This document shows positions 9,751-19,665 of a DNA stretch of 64,000 bases, in pieces. Numbering within the stretch: the first letter of the stretch is position 1; every line of letters starts with the position of its first letter. The notes under the pieces are model-generated. The model had not been told where the DNA came from and did not search any database. It saw nothing but the letters and a program-made list of their open reading frames with translations. Position numbers and translations under genes: made by a program. This stretch comes from an uncultured Nitrospirales bacterium (GTDB taxonomy: Bacteria > Hydrogenedentota > Hydrogenedentia > Hydrogenedentales > Hydrogenedentaceae), in assembly GCA_964549105.1 (NCBI GenBank), contig CAZJTZ010000012.1, forward strand, positions 29,850 through 93,849, in the 5' to 3' direction.

Positions 9751-10188
9751 ATGATTAAAATAATGAAAATAATAAGAAATAGCAATAGACAAGAGAGGGG
9801 TATGACTCTTGTTGAGTTGATGTTTGCCGCGGGTATATTAGCGTTCGTATTAAGCATGATTTTTACATCTGTTATATCCGTTGGTGTCAATCATGAGATA
9901 CATACCCAAAGACTACAAGCAGAAAGCGCAGTTAACGAAGTATTAGACCAAATCAGTCGAACGGATGCCTCACAAATTTTAAGTTTTCAACCAGATGTTG
10001 TTCTTCTCCCCGGAAATAGTGCTGTTCTCCAGATTGAAGCGGTTACTGCGGATGGCTTAAACATATCTATTCCAAGCGCGGATCAGGTCTCTCTACCTAA
10101 TCCTGTAGAAATTCGCGTGATACTATCCTGGCAAACAGACCGAGGATATACAATAACGAAAAGGGCTTCTACCTATGTTTCCAACTAA
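9751..10188 (+). CDS. Prepilin-type N-terminal cleavage/methylation domain protein (pseudopilin, GspG/H-like)
   Basis: QERG|MTLVELMFAAGILAFVLSMIF is the class III signal (G-1, E+5, hydrophobic helix). Length 145 aa. Confidence 0.75.
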   Translation: MIKIMKIIRNSNRQERGMTLVELMFAAGILAFVLSMIFTSVISVGVNHEIHTQRLQAESAVNEVLDQISRTDASQILSFQPDVVLLPGNSAVLQIEAVTADGLNISIPSADQVSLPNPVEIRVILSWQTDRGYTITKRASTYVSN

Positions 10189-10801
10189 AAAATACAAATT
10201 GGGTATGACACTTATTGAGTTGACCATGACGGTTGGACTGATGGCAGTTGTAATGGGTTCTTTATTTACTTTGTCTTTAAGTCTAAATGATACTGTTCAA
10301 ACTTATAACGCAACTATGACCGCAACAGATGAGGCTCGTCATGCCTTGTATGTTCTAATTCCGCGTCTATCTCAGGCATCTCGTCAAACCATAAATTGGA
10401 ACGAACTACCTGGAGAAGTTTTGAGATTCCGTATGCCCACAGATTTAGATGGCAATGGTAGTTGCGTGGATGTAGGCGGGAACCTCGAATTAGGGGATAC
10501 CATCACCATTCAACGAGATACAGAGGACATTAATGGAGACGGTTTAACAAATAACCAGTTAGTTATGGTTCAGGGGAATAATGTTACTGTGCTTGCAAAT
10601 CATGTATTCAGCCCACCGGAACCCGGAAATCCTGATGGCTCTTTTACTGATACCAATGGAAACGGCAGATGGGACCGGGGCTTTTCTATTGTTTCGCAGG
10701 ACAATACCCTCCAAATTATCATTGACACACTTGGGCGGTCCCGGCGTGGACACCAATTTGTTATACATGTAGAAGAACGCATAACACCAAGGAACCCGTA
10801 A
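10175..10801 (+). CDS. Prepilin-type pseudopilin (GspJ-like minor pilin)
   Basis: KLG|MTLIELTMTVGLMAVV prepilin motif with E+5. Length 208 aa. Overlaps the upstream gene by 14 nt, suggesting an operon. Confidence 0.75.
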   Translation: MFPTKKYKLGMTLIELTMTVGLMAVVMGSLFTLSLSLNDTVQTYNATMTATDEARHALYVLIPRLSQASRQTINWNELPGEVLRFRMPTDLDGNGSCVDVGGNLELGDTITIQRDTEDINGDGLTNNQLVMVQGNNVTVLANHVFSPPEPGNPDGSFTDTNGNGRWDRGFSIVSQDNTLQIIIDTLGRSRRGHQFVIHVEERITPRNP

Positions 10802-10816
10802 AGGGGGGATATATCC

Positions 10817-12553
10817 ATGCTTGCAAGAGGAAGAAAAAAATTACCCAAACCTCCTCAAAAAGAACAAGGGATGGCAATGATTGTTGCCTTAATTTTTGTG
10901 GTAGTTTCCATTGCTCTATTGAGTACCCTTTCTGTTCAAATCATAAATCAAAATTTGCAGCAGAACCGTTATAGCGATTTTCGTGATGCCTTTTGGGGTG
11001 CAGTATCTGCGGTACAGGAAAGCAAAGGTTCTATTGAGTTTGGAGGAAATGGTTTTGTTGGTGTTGATGATTGGACCCCCTCATATAATCAAAACAATGA
11101 ACCGATACTTCCTTCTTTTGACGACCCTTCTGTAACCCCACTGACATTATCGTCAGACCCGAGTATTCAATATTTTGCAGTTGCAATTCCATGGGAAACA
11201 GATAACTTTGATAACAATGGAGATGGCTTGATTGACGACATTACCGAACAGGATATGGTAACTATATACGCAGTTGCACAGAAAAATTCGACCGTACGCA
11301 GGTTAGAGGTTATTACTGATTTAACCGATGTAAATGTCTGGCAAAATGCCATCTTTGCAGGGAACGGTCAAGCAGGCAATGTCGTAAATGGAAATGTAAG
11401 TATCCACGGGTCTGTGCATATTTTGGGGCTTAACCTTCTACCGGGCAATCCTGCTATTATCGCATTAGACCTGAGTGGTACCGCTCTCATCCATAATAAT
11501 TATCAGGGTGTTCCTCTTGAATTACAACAGAGAATTCCACCCTTACCCACAACTTTTTTTGATGGAGAAACGGTAGATACCTTAAATGCAAAACTTCGGG
11601 TTAAGCGTGGACTGGTAGGGCTTTCAGGTAATTCCGAAGTAGGTGAACCGCATGTAAATGGAAATAGTTGGAAAGAGACCATGGACGGCACTTATGTAAA
11701 TGATGGTTGGACAGGGAATCAAGTTATACCAGATGGTGGACGGGGAACTCCAAAAAATGTATTTAGCGATAATGGTTGGAATGAACTTTACGACCTTGGC
11801 AATAAGGTTAATTTTCCACTGCTAACTGATGATTGGAGAGAACCTGATGGCTCAAAGATAACGAACCCGACCGCAGGTAGATGGTATACCGTCGAGGAAT
11901 ATTTTTCCCAGGTTTTATTGGCAGACCCTGTTAATCCTAATGATGGGGTATATAATGGAAATATAACCTTAAATGCAAAGGGGAGTAAACTCTTTTGGGA
12001 CGCCACCACGGGAACCTATCTTAGCGGCTCTCTTCCTCCATCCTTACCGCCCAGTGACCATGATTACATCTGGTTTGACCCCACTACCAATGTGTTAAGA
12101 ATAAACGGACAAGTTCGTATTAATGGAAATCTCACATTTACCGGAGGAGGCAATGACAAAACGATAAATTATAGTGGAAGAGCGGCTCTTCTCGTTTACG
12201 GTGATGTAACTATTGATACCAACCTTGTAACTTGCAATAATGGGAACCCGAACAATACTACAAATAGTTATCCTGTAAACAATGTCTTGGGGATAATGAG
12301 TTCACAATCCATGTATATCGGCAATACCTCACAGTGCGATATTATGGGTGCTTTCTATGCACAAAATATGATAAAAATTTCAAAGCAGACAAATGTGATG
12401 GGCACTATTGTTGGAGGTTATTTCGATATGGGTTCACAAGTGCCCAACATCTACCAGGTCCCTTCTCTGGCAGACAACCTGCCTTATGGAATGATTGGAA
12501 ACTATCCTATTACTACATTGGAACAAGTCGGATGGCGTGAATTAGGCATTTAA
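10817..12553 (+). CDS. Large pseudopilin-like protein (GspK/PilX-like minor pilin without E+5)
   Basis: KEQG|MAMIVALIFVVVSIALL is a prepilin-like hydrophobic N-terminus lacking Glu+5, as in GspK. The protein is 578 aa and rich in N, G and T. It starts 15 nt after the previous gene. Confidence 0.6.
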   Translation: MLARGRKKLPKPPQKEQGMAMIVALIFVVVSIALLSTLSVQIINQNLQQNRYSDFRDAFWGAVSAVQESKGSIEFGGNGFVGVDDWTPSYNQNNEPILPSFDDPSVTPLTLSSDPSIQYFAVAIPWETDNFDNNGDGLIDDITEQDMVTIYAVAQKNSTVRRLEVITDLTDVNVWQNAIFAGNGQAGNVVNGNVSIHGSVHILGLNLLPGNPAIIALDLSGTALIHNNYQGVPLELQQRIPPLPTTFFDGETVDTLNAKLRVKRGLVGLSGNSEVGEPHVNGNSWKETMDGTYVNDGWTGNQVIPDGGRGTPKNVFSDNGWNELYDLGNKVNFPLLTDDWREPDGSKITNPTAGRWYTVEEYFSQVLLADPVNPNDGVYNGNITLNAKGSKLFWDATTGTYLSGSLPPSLPPSDHDYIWFDPTTNVLRINGQVRINGNLTFTGGGNDKTINYSGRAALLVYGDVTIDTNLVTCNNGNPNNTTNSYPVNNVLGIMSSQSMYIGNTSQCDIMGAFYAQNMIKISKQTNVMGTIVGGYFDMGSQVPNIYQVPSLADNLPYGMIGNYPITTLEQVGWRELGI

Positions 12554-12578
12554 TCAATAATTATAAAAGGTAATCATA

Positions 12579-13139
12579 ATGAGTCAATCTATCATAGATA
12601 AAAAACCAATTCTTCCCTCTTTATTAATTGTAGTTTCTATTGGTTTTATTCTTCTCGGAATTCTTGGTGCCACCATTTCAAACAAAACAGGAAAAACCGA
12701 GATACCTGAGCAAAAAAAGACTACTCCCCTTTCTCAAAAATTGAACACTACATCTGTATTAAACCCATCCTCTCAAAAAACCACGATTGACAATAAAATT
12801 CCAACAGATCTAAAAAATCCTGACCAGTTAATTGAATATTACCGTTCCCAGATACAACAAAATCCACAGGCTCCGGAAGCACCAGCCTATCTGAGTGCAA
12901 TAGGCAATCTTTACAAACAAAGAAAAATGGATTGTGCCAGTGCTATTCCTTATTATGAGAAGATAGTTATTGATTATCCAGATTGGGAGGGGATTCGGAC
13001 AATCTACCCAGAACTGGCTATGTGCTATGAATCAGTAAATGATTATCGTGGCAAGATATGGATTCATAAAGAAATGATGCGCCGATTCCCTCCTGATTCT
13101 CAGGAATACATCTACGCAAAAAATGCCCTCGGATTATAA
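12579..13139 (+). CDS. Membrane-anchored hypothetical protein (TPR-like C-terminus), last gene of the pseudopilin operon
   Basis: 186-aa ORF with a single N-terminal transmembrane helix (ILPSLLIVVSIGFILLGILGA). Starts 25 nt after the upstream gene. Confidence 0.5.
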   Translation: MSQSIIDKKPILPSLLIVVSIGFILLGILGATISNKTGKTEIPEQKKTTPLSQKLNTTSVLNPSSQKTTIDNKIPTDLKNPDQLIEYYRSQIQQNPQAPEAPAYLSAIGNLYKQRKMDCASAIPYYEKIVIDYPDWEGIRTIYPELAMCYESVNDYRGKIWIHKEMMRRFPPDSQEYIYAKNALGL

Positions 13140-13430
13140 TCCCTTTATATCATTATCCTTTTACCTTCTTTTAGAACTATTTTAAATACTGCGAATGTTC
13201 GGTCTGAATAACCATTATTTCGTGGCACCTGCTTAAGAATAAATTGGTTGCTACTTAAAGTGGTATAAGATTTTTATTGACCAGAGTAAAAAGTAAAGGG
13301 TTATTTTTTCCCCTTATTTCGATTAATAAAATATCTTTTATTTTTCTTAGTATCTGGATATATTATAATCAAGAATTTTTGCCAATACGCTGGTAAAAGA
13401 CACATTCCTATTCTGAGAGAGATTGGGAGG

Positions 13431-14885
13431 TTATTCTCCTTTAATTCGATATAGCTTTTTTAATGGGAATATTTCAGCCTTTCGAGGTTCTTGCGTCCTT
13501 ATCGGGACTGGATAGTAGTCTATGGAATAAGTTTCTGGGGAAAGACATAAGTCAATATATCCATCCATCCAGACAAGTTCCTCCTCAGAAAAATAACCGT
13601 TTATGATTTCGTCCAACGAATCGGGATATCTCCCGTTTTTAGCATGGTATTGCTCCAGTAGAACGGTCAGGATTGAGCCATACAGTGTGCTTAACGCAGT
13701 ATTATATTCTAAAAGCAGGTCTTGCCAAATTTTACCTGAATAAAACATCCAGAAGTTGGGTTCGTAACAAATTTTTCGTTTTCGCAGTGAGTTTATGTCC
13801 TTTATGGCATCGTAAAGTTTCCCTTTATTATAGAATACGGCATCTTCGAGGTCTTTCCAGGTAGAAGCCTCAAAGGTAGGGCGATGTTTGTCCATGCTTC
13901 TTGACATATCGTTGTAAGAAAGGAACATAGAGAATAACTTCGGCATCGTCTGGGCAAAATTGCCACGCATAAGGGTTTCGTGCTCCTTCACCATATAATC
14001 TTCAAAGAAAAACAGAGCCTTTTGATATGTTGTCCTAAAATCTTTTGACTTAACTTCATCTTTTATATTTAGTAACGAACATAGCAGGTCTTCATAAAAG
14101 GTGTCGGGAAGTGATGGATAGATAGCCACGGAACGAACCACAAACAAGAAATGTTTTGCCATTATGGAATTAAAATTATAGGCGCCGTCAAAACAGACTA
14201 AAAATTGGTTAAATGTTTCCAGCCAATCCAATGCACTTTGATAATTTCCCTGCTCCAAATATATAAGGATATTTGCAAACTCAATAAGCAAAATATCCCA
14301 TTCTGAAGATTTTGATGGGTCAGTTTTTGAAGGTCTGTAAGGAAGAAAAAAATCCTTTTGGTTTGCTTTCTTAATATTGTTTAAAACATCCTGGGAATGA
14401 CGGAGAAAATCAGTTTTCCAATCTTTTTCTGGGGTTATACAGGGGTTGGGTTTTTTTTTATCTTCTGTAGATACAGGAAATAAATATTCATACTTTGAAT
14501 ATTTATCAAATTCGTCCTGTATAAGTTGCTCCTTTACTAAAAATCTATACAACATTGCAAAATCGTATCCTGAAAAGTGTTTGAGTCGCACTTTGTCGCT
14601 CTCAAATTGGAAATTCTCTGGACTTTTCCTGATATGAGCATACCATTGAATTGGTTCAAAGTATCCACAGAATATTCTTCTGCCTATATTTAATGCCCCT
14701 TCAAAATAGATATATCCATTTTCACTGGACTTGGCTTTTTTAACTATTTCTTTATATTCAGGGCATATAGGCGGTGCAGTAAAGTATGCTCTTGCTACAA
14801 GCAATATAAATAAAGGCACAATCAAAATCACTATAAACAAAATAATGGTGCTTTTAAGTGGCCTTAATCCTTTTTTTCTAAACAT
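13431..14885 (-). CDS. Hypothetical N-terminally membrane-anchored protein (484 aa)
   Basis: Long ORF with an N-terminal transmembrane segment (TIILFIVILIVPLFILLVA). No recognisable catalytic motif. Confidence 0.5.
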   Translation of the reverse strand: MFRKKGLRPLKSTIILFIVILIVPLFILLVARAYFTAPPICPEYKEIVKKAKSSENGYIYFEGALNIGRRIFCGYFEPIQWYAHIRKSPENFQFESDKVRLKHFSGYDFAMLYRFLVKEQLIQDEFDKYSKYEYLFPVSTEDKKKPNPCITPEKDWKTDFLRHSQDVLNNIKKANQKDFFLPYRPSKTDPSKSSEWDILLIEFANILIYLEQGNYQSALDWLETFNQFLVCFDGAYNFNSIMAKHFLFVVRSVAIYPSLPDTFYEDLLCSLLNIKDEVKSKDFRTTYQKALFFFEDYMVKEHETLMRGNFAQTMPKLFSMFLSYNDMSRSMDKHRPTFEASTWKDLEDAVFYNKGKLYDAIKDINSLRKRKICYEPNFWMFYSGKIWQDLLLEYNTALSTLYGSILTVLLEQYHAKNGRYPDSLDEIINGYFSEEELVWMDGYIDLCLSPETYSIDYYPVPIRTQEPRKAEIFPLKKLYRIKGE

Positions 14886-14973
14886 TCGATATTTCCCCAG
14901 TAATTAAAATATATATTGCATACGAAATTTTGCTTAATTATATAAAAATTTAGTGTATTATCAATACATGCGG

Positions 14974-15828
14974 CTACTTATGCTGTGAGAAGAGCCATTG
15001 AGGAAGGTCTATTTCATCATAAGCCTTGACCCAACTGTCATGTTTCACTCCGGGATATTCTGTATATTTTATCTTTGTATTTCCAGCATCTTTAATTTTT
15101 TGAACAAAGTTACGAGAATATTCTGGTGGAACAGTATCGTCATCCGAGCCATGGAACGCCCAAATAGGCATATTTTTTAACTGCTGAACTCGTTTGTCTA
15201 CTTCTTCTTGCGGTTCATCTGGAATCTGTTTAATGTCCAACCGCTGCTTGATAAAGTTTAATTCACCACCCCCGCATATAGGCACCAGTGCAGCAAAGAA
15301 ATCTGACCGTTTCGCACCGTAAATCCAGGTTCCGAACCCACCCATAGAAAGACCTGTCAAATAAATCCGTTTCCTGTCAATGTTGTATTCTTTCAAGGTT
15401 TTATCTATGCACTTATCAATATCATCTACCATCTCATTGTAAAATCTATTGGTGGGGCATTGCGGAAACAATACAATTGCATTCCACCTCTCTGGATGTC
15501 GCCGTATTGAACTTCCAATACCTATCTCTGTTTGAGCCAATCCATTATCATTCCGTTCGCCGGCTCCATGCAAGAAGACAATTAATGGTATTTCTGTTTC
15601 TGGCTTATATTCATAAGGAACATACACAACATACCTTTTCATCAAGTTTCCATTATCAAGCGTTTTATTGATAAACCCTGTGCAAACACAGGCTTTAGAG
15701 GCAGGTGAAGATAGTTCCGCCTTTTCTTTAATATGTGCACATCCCATCACTGTCGTAAGGGCAATACACATACATAGAACATAAACTATATAAAAATTAT
15801 AATGTTTGTAGTTCTTAATAATGTTCAT
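14974..15828 (-). CDS. Alpha/beta-hydrolase esterase (PHB-depolymerase/phospholipase-carboxylesterase-like), probable lipoprotein
   Basis: GLSMGG nucleophile elbow (GxSxG), FLHGAGERND and HGSDDDTVP motifs, and a lipoprotein-like signal (ALTTVMGC). The start was moved to ATG at 15828 (MNIIKNY), which is preceded by GGAG. The longer ORF reaching 15951 would overlap the divergent neighbour. Confidence 0.75.
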   Translation of the reverse strand: MNIIKNYKHYNFYIVYVLCMCIALTTVMGCAHIKEKAELSSPASKACVCTGFINKTLDNGNLMKRYVVYVPYEYKPETEIPLIVFLHGAGERNDNGLAQTEIGIGSSIRRHPERWNAIVLFPQCPTNRFYNEMVDDIDKCIDKTLKEYNIDRKRIYLTGLSMGGFGTWIYGAKRSDFFAALVPICGGGELNFIKQRLDIKQIPDEPQEEVDKRVQQLKNMPIWAFHGSDDDTVPPEYSRNFVQKIKDAGNTKIKYTEYPGVKHDSWVKAYDEIDLPQWLFSQHK

Positions 15829-15915
15829 AATCCTTTCTCCTATTTTAAGATGGTTATTCCTTTTAATTCTCCGATTTGAACTGTCTGAACATTTACTATA
15901 TAATTTTATGTTTAT

Positions 15916-17802
15916 TTGGTGCAAGGTGAATTGTGTTTTAACAAGGTGCATGTATTGATGCGTTATAGTCTTTCTTTCTTATCCACCTTTGAAGGAATGG
16001 ACCAAACATCTTTTAATATGGTTCTTGAACTTTCTGCGAATAGCCGTGGTGGATTAACAAGCCGTTATTTAGCGTCTAAACTTGAAGTTTCAGAGGAAAC
16101 GGTTAACTATATCTACAAACATTATCCCAAACTGTTCTTCTTTGACTTAAACCGTATCAAAGTAGTTCCGGAAGCCCTGCCTATCATACGCAGAGTTCAG
16201 GAGCATTTGAACAGTCATGGAGATATTGTCTCCATTTATAAAGCATTGCAGAGTTTGTCCAATTCGGAACGGAGAGAATTGGAACAAAAATTGAAAATAA
16301 ATCGAGTAATGGGCTGGGGTTCATTAGCCAGCGAATTGATTGAAAAAATTTATAAAACATCCAATTCCATTTTAGAATATGTTGCCGGTTATCCCTTCTC
16401 CGATTTAGCCAAAGAAATCTTTGACTTCTTATGGCAGACAAAGACAGGCATTGTGCCTATAAACCAGTTACGACAGCGATTTTCCGATTATAGTAATGTA
16501 GAAATTGAGGATAGTTTAGAAGAATTGCAGAGTCAATTCGTTGTTTTTGAACTTTTTCGCTTCAATGGTCAAAACAGATTAAATCGTTTTATTAGTATTC
16601 TTTCGGAAATTCGCCACCATAAGGAAAAACTTAAGGAAGTGAGAGAAGCCTTAAAACAGCCCCTTTCCCCTGCAAATGTTAGAATAACCCGCATTGAATC
16701 CCGTGGAATTTCTCTTGCTGAAAAAATGTCCCAACTTATCGCAACGGTTGCTGTTTCACCTTTACGCTTAACATCTACCGGACAGATTGCTCGCAGTGAT
16801 GAGCAAAGGATTTATCCTGAAGAGTCGGAAGATACTTACCCTCTTTTAGAAACTTTCGTCTGGTTTGCAGGAAAAATGGGCTGGATTACGCAGGTAGATG
16901 AAACTTTACAGGTAGTCAATCTTGCGGAAATTACAAAACTATCACTTTTAGAAAGACTCAAAGCATTCTATAACACTGTAATACAAACGAAAGACATCGT
17001 TCCCATTTCATCAACAATTATTACAGAACTTCAAACCCTCAAATCCCTCACCTGGTATCCATTAAACGAATTTGTGCAAAGGGTATCTGCCCGTCATTGG
17101 GACACATCAAAGGATGAATTGCATCAGACAAAAAATGATGTCTGGGAATACATCCCGTCTTCCGGCAAATATGATGAAAAAGACAGCATTCATTTTATTG
17201 AAAATACCCTTTTTGAGTTTGGTATTGTAGAATTGGGTTCTTCAAAAAAACAAAGTTATTTCCGCATTAGTGAAATAGGTGAATATTTATTGTCCTCTTC
17301 TGAACCCTCAAAAAACTTAGAAGAGAAATATAGTCGTAAAAATGAACTTGTAGTTCAGCCCAATTTTGAAATTATTGTGCCCACCATAGAATTTGACCCA
17401 TTACAATTAATCTGGATAGAACTGTTTACACAAAAGAAGAATTCAGCCGGTCCTGTCTCCATATATGCCCTGACAAAAGAATCCTTCTTAAAAGGGCTAC
17501 AAAGCGGAGCAGACCCCAACCAGTTTATACAATTCTTAATGCAAAATGCTCGTAATCAACAAATACCCTCTATTGTCATTTCAGCAATGGAAGATTGGTT
17601 ACATACAATCAAACGAGTAAAGGTGCGTTCTGTAATTCTTATTGAGGCACAGGATTCGCTAATCATTGCGGATTTATTACACAGAAAAAAATTGGCTGGG
17701 ATATTCCACCCCATTACAGAGAAACAAACCCTATATACTCGTGGAAAACTTCTTTCAGAAATTAAATCACTTCTGGAAAAAGAGGGCTTTGTTGTGGAGT
17801 AA
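15916..17802 (+). CDS. Hypothetical protein (about 600-628 aa), possible N-terminal winged-helix-like region
   Basis: Long ORF with no Walker or catalytic motifs. The true start may be the internal Met at 15958 or 15997. It is divergent from the esterase and convergent with menD. Confidence 0.5.
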   Translation: MVQGELCFNKVHVLMRYSLSFLSTFEGMDQTSFNMVLELSANSRGGLTSRYLASKLEVSEETVNYIYKHYPKLFFFDLNRIKVVPEALPIIRRVQEHLNSHGDIVSIYKALQSLSNSERRELEQKLKINRVMGWGSLASELIEKIYKTSNSILEYVAGYPFSDLAKEIFDFLWQTKTGIVPINQLRQRFSDYSNVEIEDSLEELQSQFVVFELFRFNGQNRLNRFISILSEIRHHKEKLKEVREALKQPLSPANVRITRIESRGISLAEKMSQLIATVAVSPLRLTSTGQIARSDEQRIYPEESEDTYPLLETFVWFAGKMGWITQVDETLQVVNLAEITKLSLLERLKAFYNTVIQTKDIVPISSTIITELQTLKSLTWYPLNEFVQRVSARHWDTSKDELHQTKNDVWEYIPSSGKYDEKDSIHFIENTLFEFGIVELGSSKKQSYFRISEIGEYLLSSSEPSKNLEEKYSRKNELVVQPNFEIIVPTIEFDPLQLIWIELFTQKKNSAGPVSIYALTKESFLKGLQSGADPNQFIQFLMQNARNQQIPSIVISAMEDWLHTIKRVKVRSVILIEAQDSLIIADLLHRKKLAGIFHPITEKQTLYTRGKLLSEIKSLLEKEGFVVE

Positions 17803-17841
17803 ATTTAGCCATATAAAGTATTGCTTGCTTTAATCCGGTGA

Positions 17842-19623
17842 TTAGTCGGCTGGAATATGTTTTATCAATTCCTTTTTCAATCGTTCCTGAAGTTGTTTGT
17901 GTAGTTCCAGATTTTCAGGGCGATTGGTGGACACTTCTATTATCGTAGAGGTCTGTTTTTCTAACGCCGATTGATAGAGTGTTTTTAGTTCGTCGGGTTT
18001 ATGAGTAACGACATAATCAATGCCGAACATCTTTGCTACACCTTCAAAATGGTAGCCATGTGGATTTCCAAAATATCGCTCAAAGGTTTCGGGGTATGCC
18101 GATATGGGTAAGAAGGAGAAAATACCCCCGCCATTGTTGTTGATAATAATTAGTATAACCTTCACTCCCTCTTGCTTTAGCAACGATATGGAGTTGAGGT
18201 CATGGAGAGCAGATAAGTCGCCTACAATAGCGGTAACAATCTTTTTACGGGCGAAGGAGAAGCCTGCCGAACTTGCAATGGTTCCGTCTATACCGCTTGC
18301 TCCACGATTAGCAAACACCAGACCATCTGTTCCATAGACGCTTCCATACATATCCGCATCGCGTATGGGCATACTATTCCCTAAAAACAAATCTGAGTCT
18401 ACAGGCTTCCAGAGAGATATATATCGTGCAATAGTAATTTCGTTAAGTTCTTCTTGCTCCTGCGTCCATTTATTTAAAATCTGTTCTAATTGCTGAGACC
18501 ATTCCACAACTTCTAATCCCCACGGATAGATATCGCGTCGTTTCATCGCAGGTGCTAACCATGAACAGAAGGACTTCAGGTTCGTCTCAAATCGGTAGGT
18601 TACACGATGTATTGGGTCGGTACGTAGAGGATGGTCTGCAATGAACATATATTCAGGTCTCTTTTTCTCTAAAAATTCCAGAAGCCGCTTCGAGGTGATT
18701 GTGCCACCGATGTGTAACACAAATTTGGGATTGAACCAATTGAAAAACTCTGGAAGAAGAAGCATCTGGTCGTAATAAGCGACAGAGAACTCTGTCCTAT
18801 TTCCCAGGCGTAAACCGGAGGTAACATCTGCAAAAACAGGCCAGTGCAAAGATTGTGCTAAGGAGTATGCAGATTTAATTTCTTGTTCCTCTCGCAATTC
18901 ACCCACTAAAAATAAGCCTTGCCGTGCAGTTTCTATTTTATCCAGCACGAATATTTCTTGTTCTGTAGTGAGCCTTGATTCCGGAAGATTCCAACGCGTA
19001 AACGGCTTTAGCGTTCCCAACCAACTCTCAATAGGGGAGAGGTATCCTTCCGGAATATCTCCTTCCAGTTCTATAGGTTCTAACGGTTCACGGAACATGC
19101 AATTGATATGCACCGGTCCTGCAGGTGCTCGACATGCCCGATAAACTGCCTGTCCACTGGTAGTTAATACTACAGCAGGTGATATAGCAGAATCAGGACA
19201 GGGAAGCGTAAAGGACCAACGAACATAATTTCCAAAAATATTAATTTGTTCTATCGCCTGATTTGCACCACATTGAAGTAATTCTGGAGGACGGTCTGCT
19301 GTAAGAATAATTAGCGGAACCCGTGCCAGCGATGCCTCAACTACTGCGGGAAAATAATTAGCAACAGCCGTTCCGGAAGTGCATATCAACGCTATCGGTT
19401 TACCCACTGCTTTTGCCCAATTTAGTGCATAAAAGCCTGTGCCCCTTTCGTCAAAATGGACTTTATGCACTATCTTGTTCTGTTCTGAAACGGCAAGGGC
19501 TAACGGTGTCGAACGGGAACCCGGAGAAATACAAAAACCTCCTATCCCGTTTCGATAAAGTTCTTCCACCAACAACCTCGCCCAGAGATGATTCATATTC
19601 GGTGATTGAAGGATAAAATCCAT
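17842..19623 (-). CDS. menD: 2-succinyl-5-enolpyruvyl-6-hydroxy-3-cyclohexene-1-carboxylate synthase (MenD)
   Basis: N-terminal ...GIGGFCISPGSRSTPLALAV matches the MenD signature. A ThDP-binding GDLS...NNGGG motif is present. Length 593 aa. Confidence 0.9.
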   Translation of the reverse strand: MDFILQSPNMNHLWARLLVEELYRNGIGGFCISPGSRSTPLALAVSEQNKIVHKVHFDERGTGFYALNWAKAVGKPIALICTSGTAVANYFPAVVEASLARVPLIILTADRPPELLQCGANQAIEQINIFGNYVRWSFTLPCPDSAISPAVVLTTSGQAVYRACRAPAGPVHINCMFREPLEPIELEGDIPEGYLSPIESWLGTLKPFTRWNLPESRLTTEQEIFVLDKIETARQGLFLVGELREEQEIKSAYSLAQSLHWPVFADVTSGLRLGNRTEFSVAYYDQMLLLPEFFNWFNPKFVLHIGGTITSKRLLEFLEKKRPEYMFIADHPLRTDPIHRVTYRFETNLKSFCSWLAPAMKRRDIYPWGLEVVEWSQQLEQILNKWTQEQEELNEITIARYISLWKPVDSDLFLGNSMPIRDADMYGSVYGTDGLVFANRGASGIDGTIASSAGFSFARKKIVTAIVGDLSALHDLNSISLLKQEGVKVILIIINNNGGGIFSFLPISAYPETFERYFGNPHGYHFEGVAKMFGIDYVVTHKPDELKTLYQSALEKQTSTIIEVSTNRPENLELHKQLQERLKKELIKHIPAD

Positions 19624-19665
19624 TATTTTTTCTCCAATATTAATTCTTATTACTAATAAATATTC

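Noticed and set aside
13287-13325. Weak hairpin AAGGG-(10 nt)-CCCTT plus T-run on the minus strand, a possible terminator for 13431..14885
   Set aside because: The stem is only 5 bp and lies about 110 nt downstream of the stop. Too weak to annotate as a feature.
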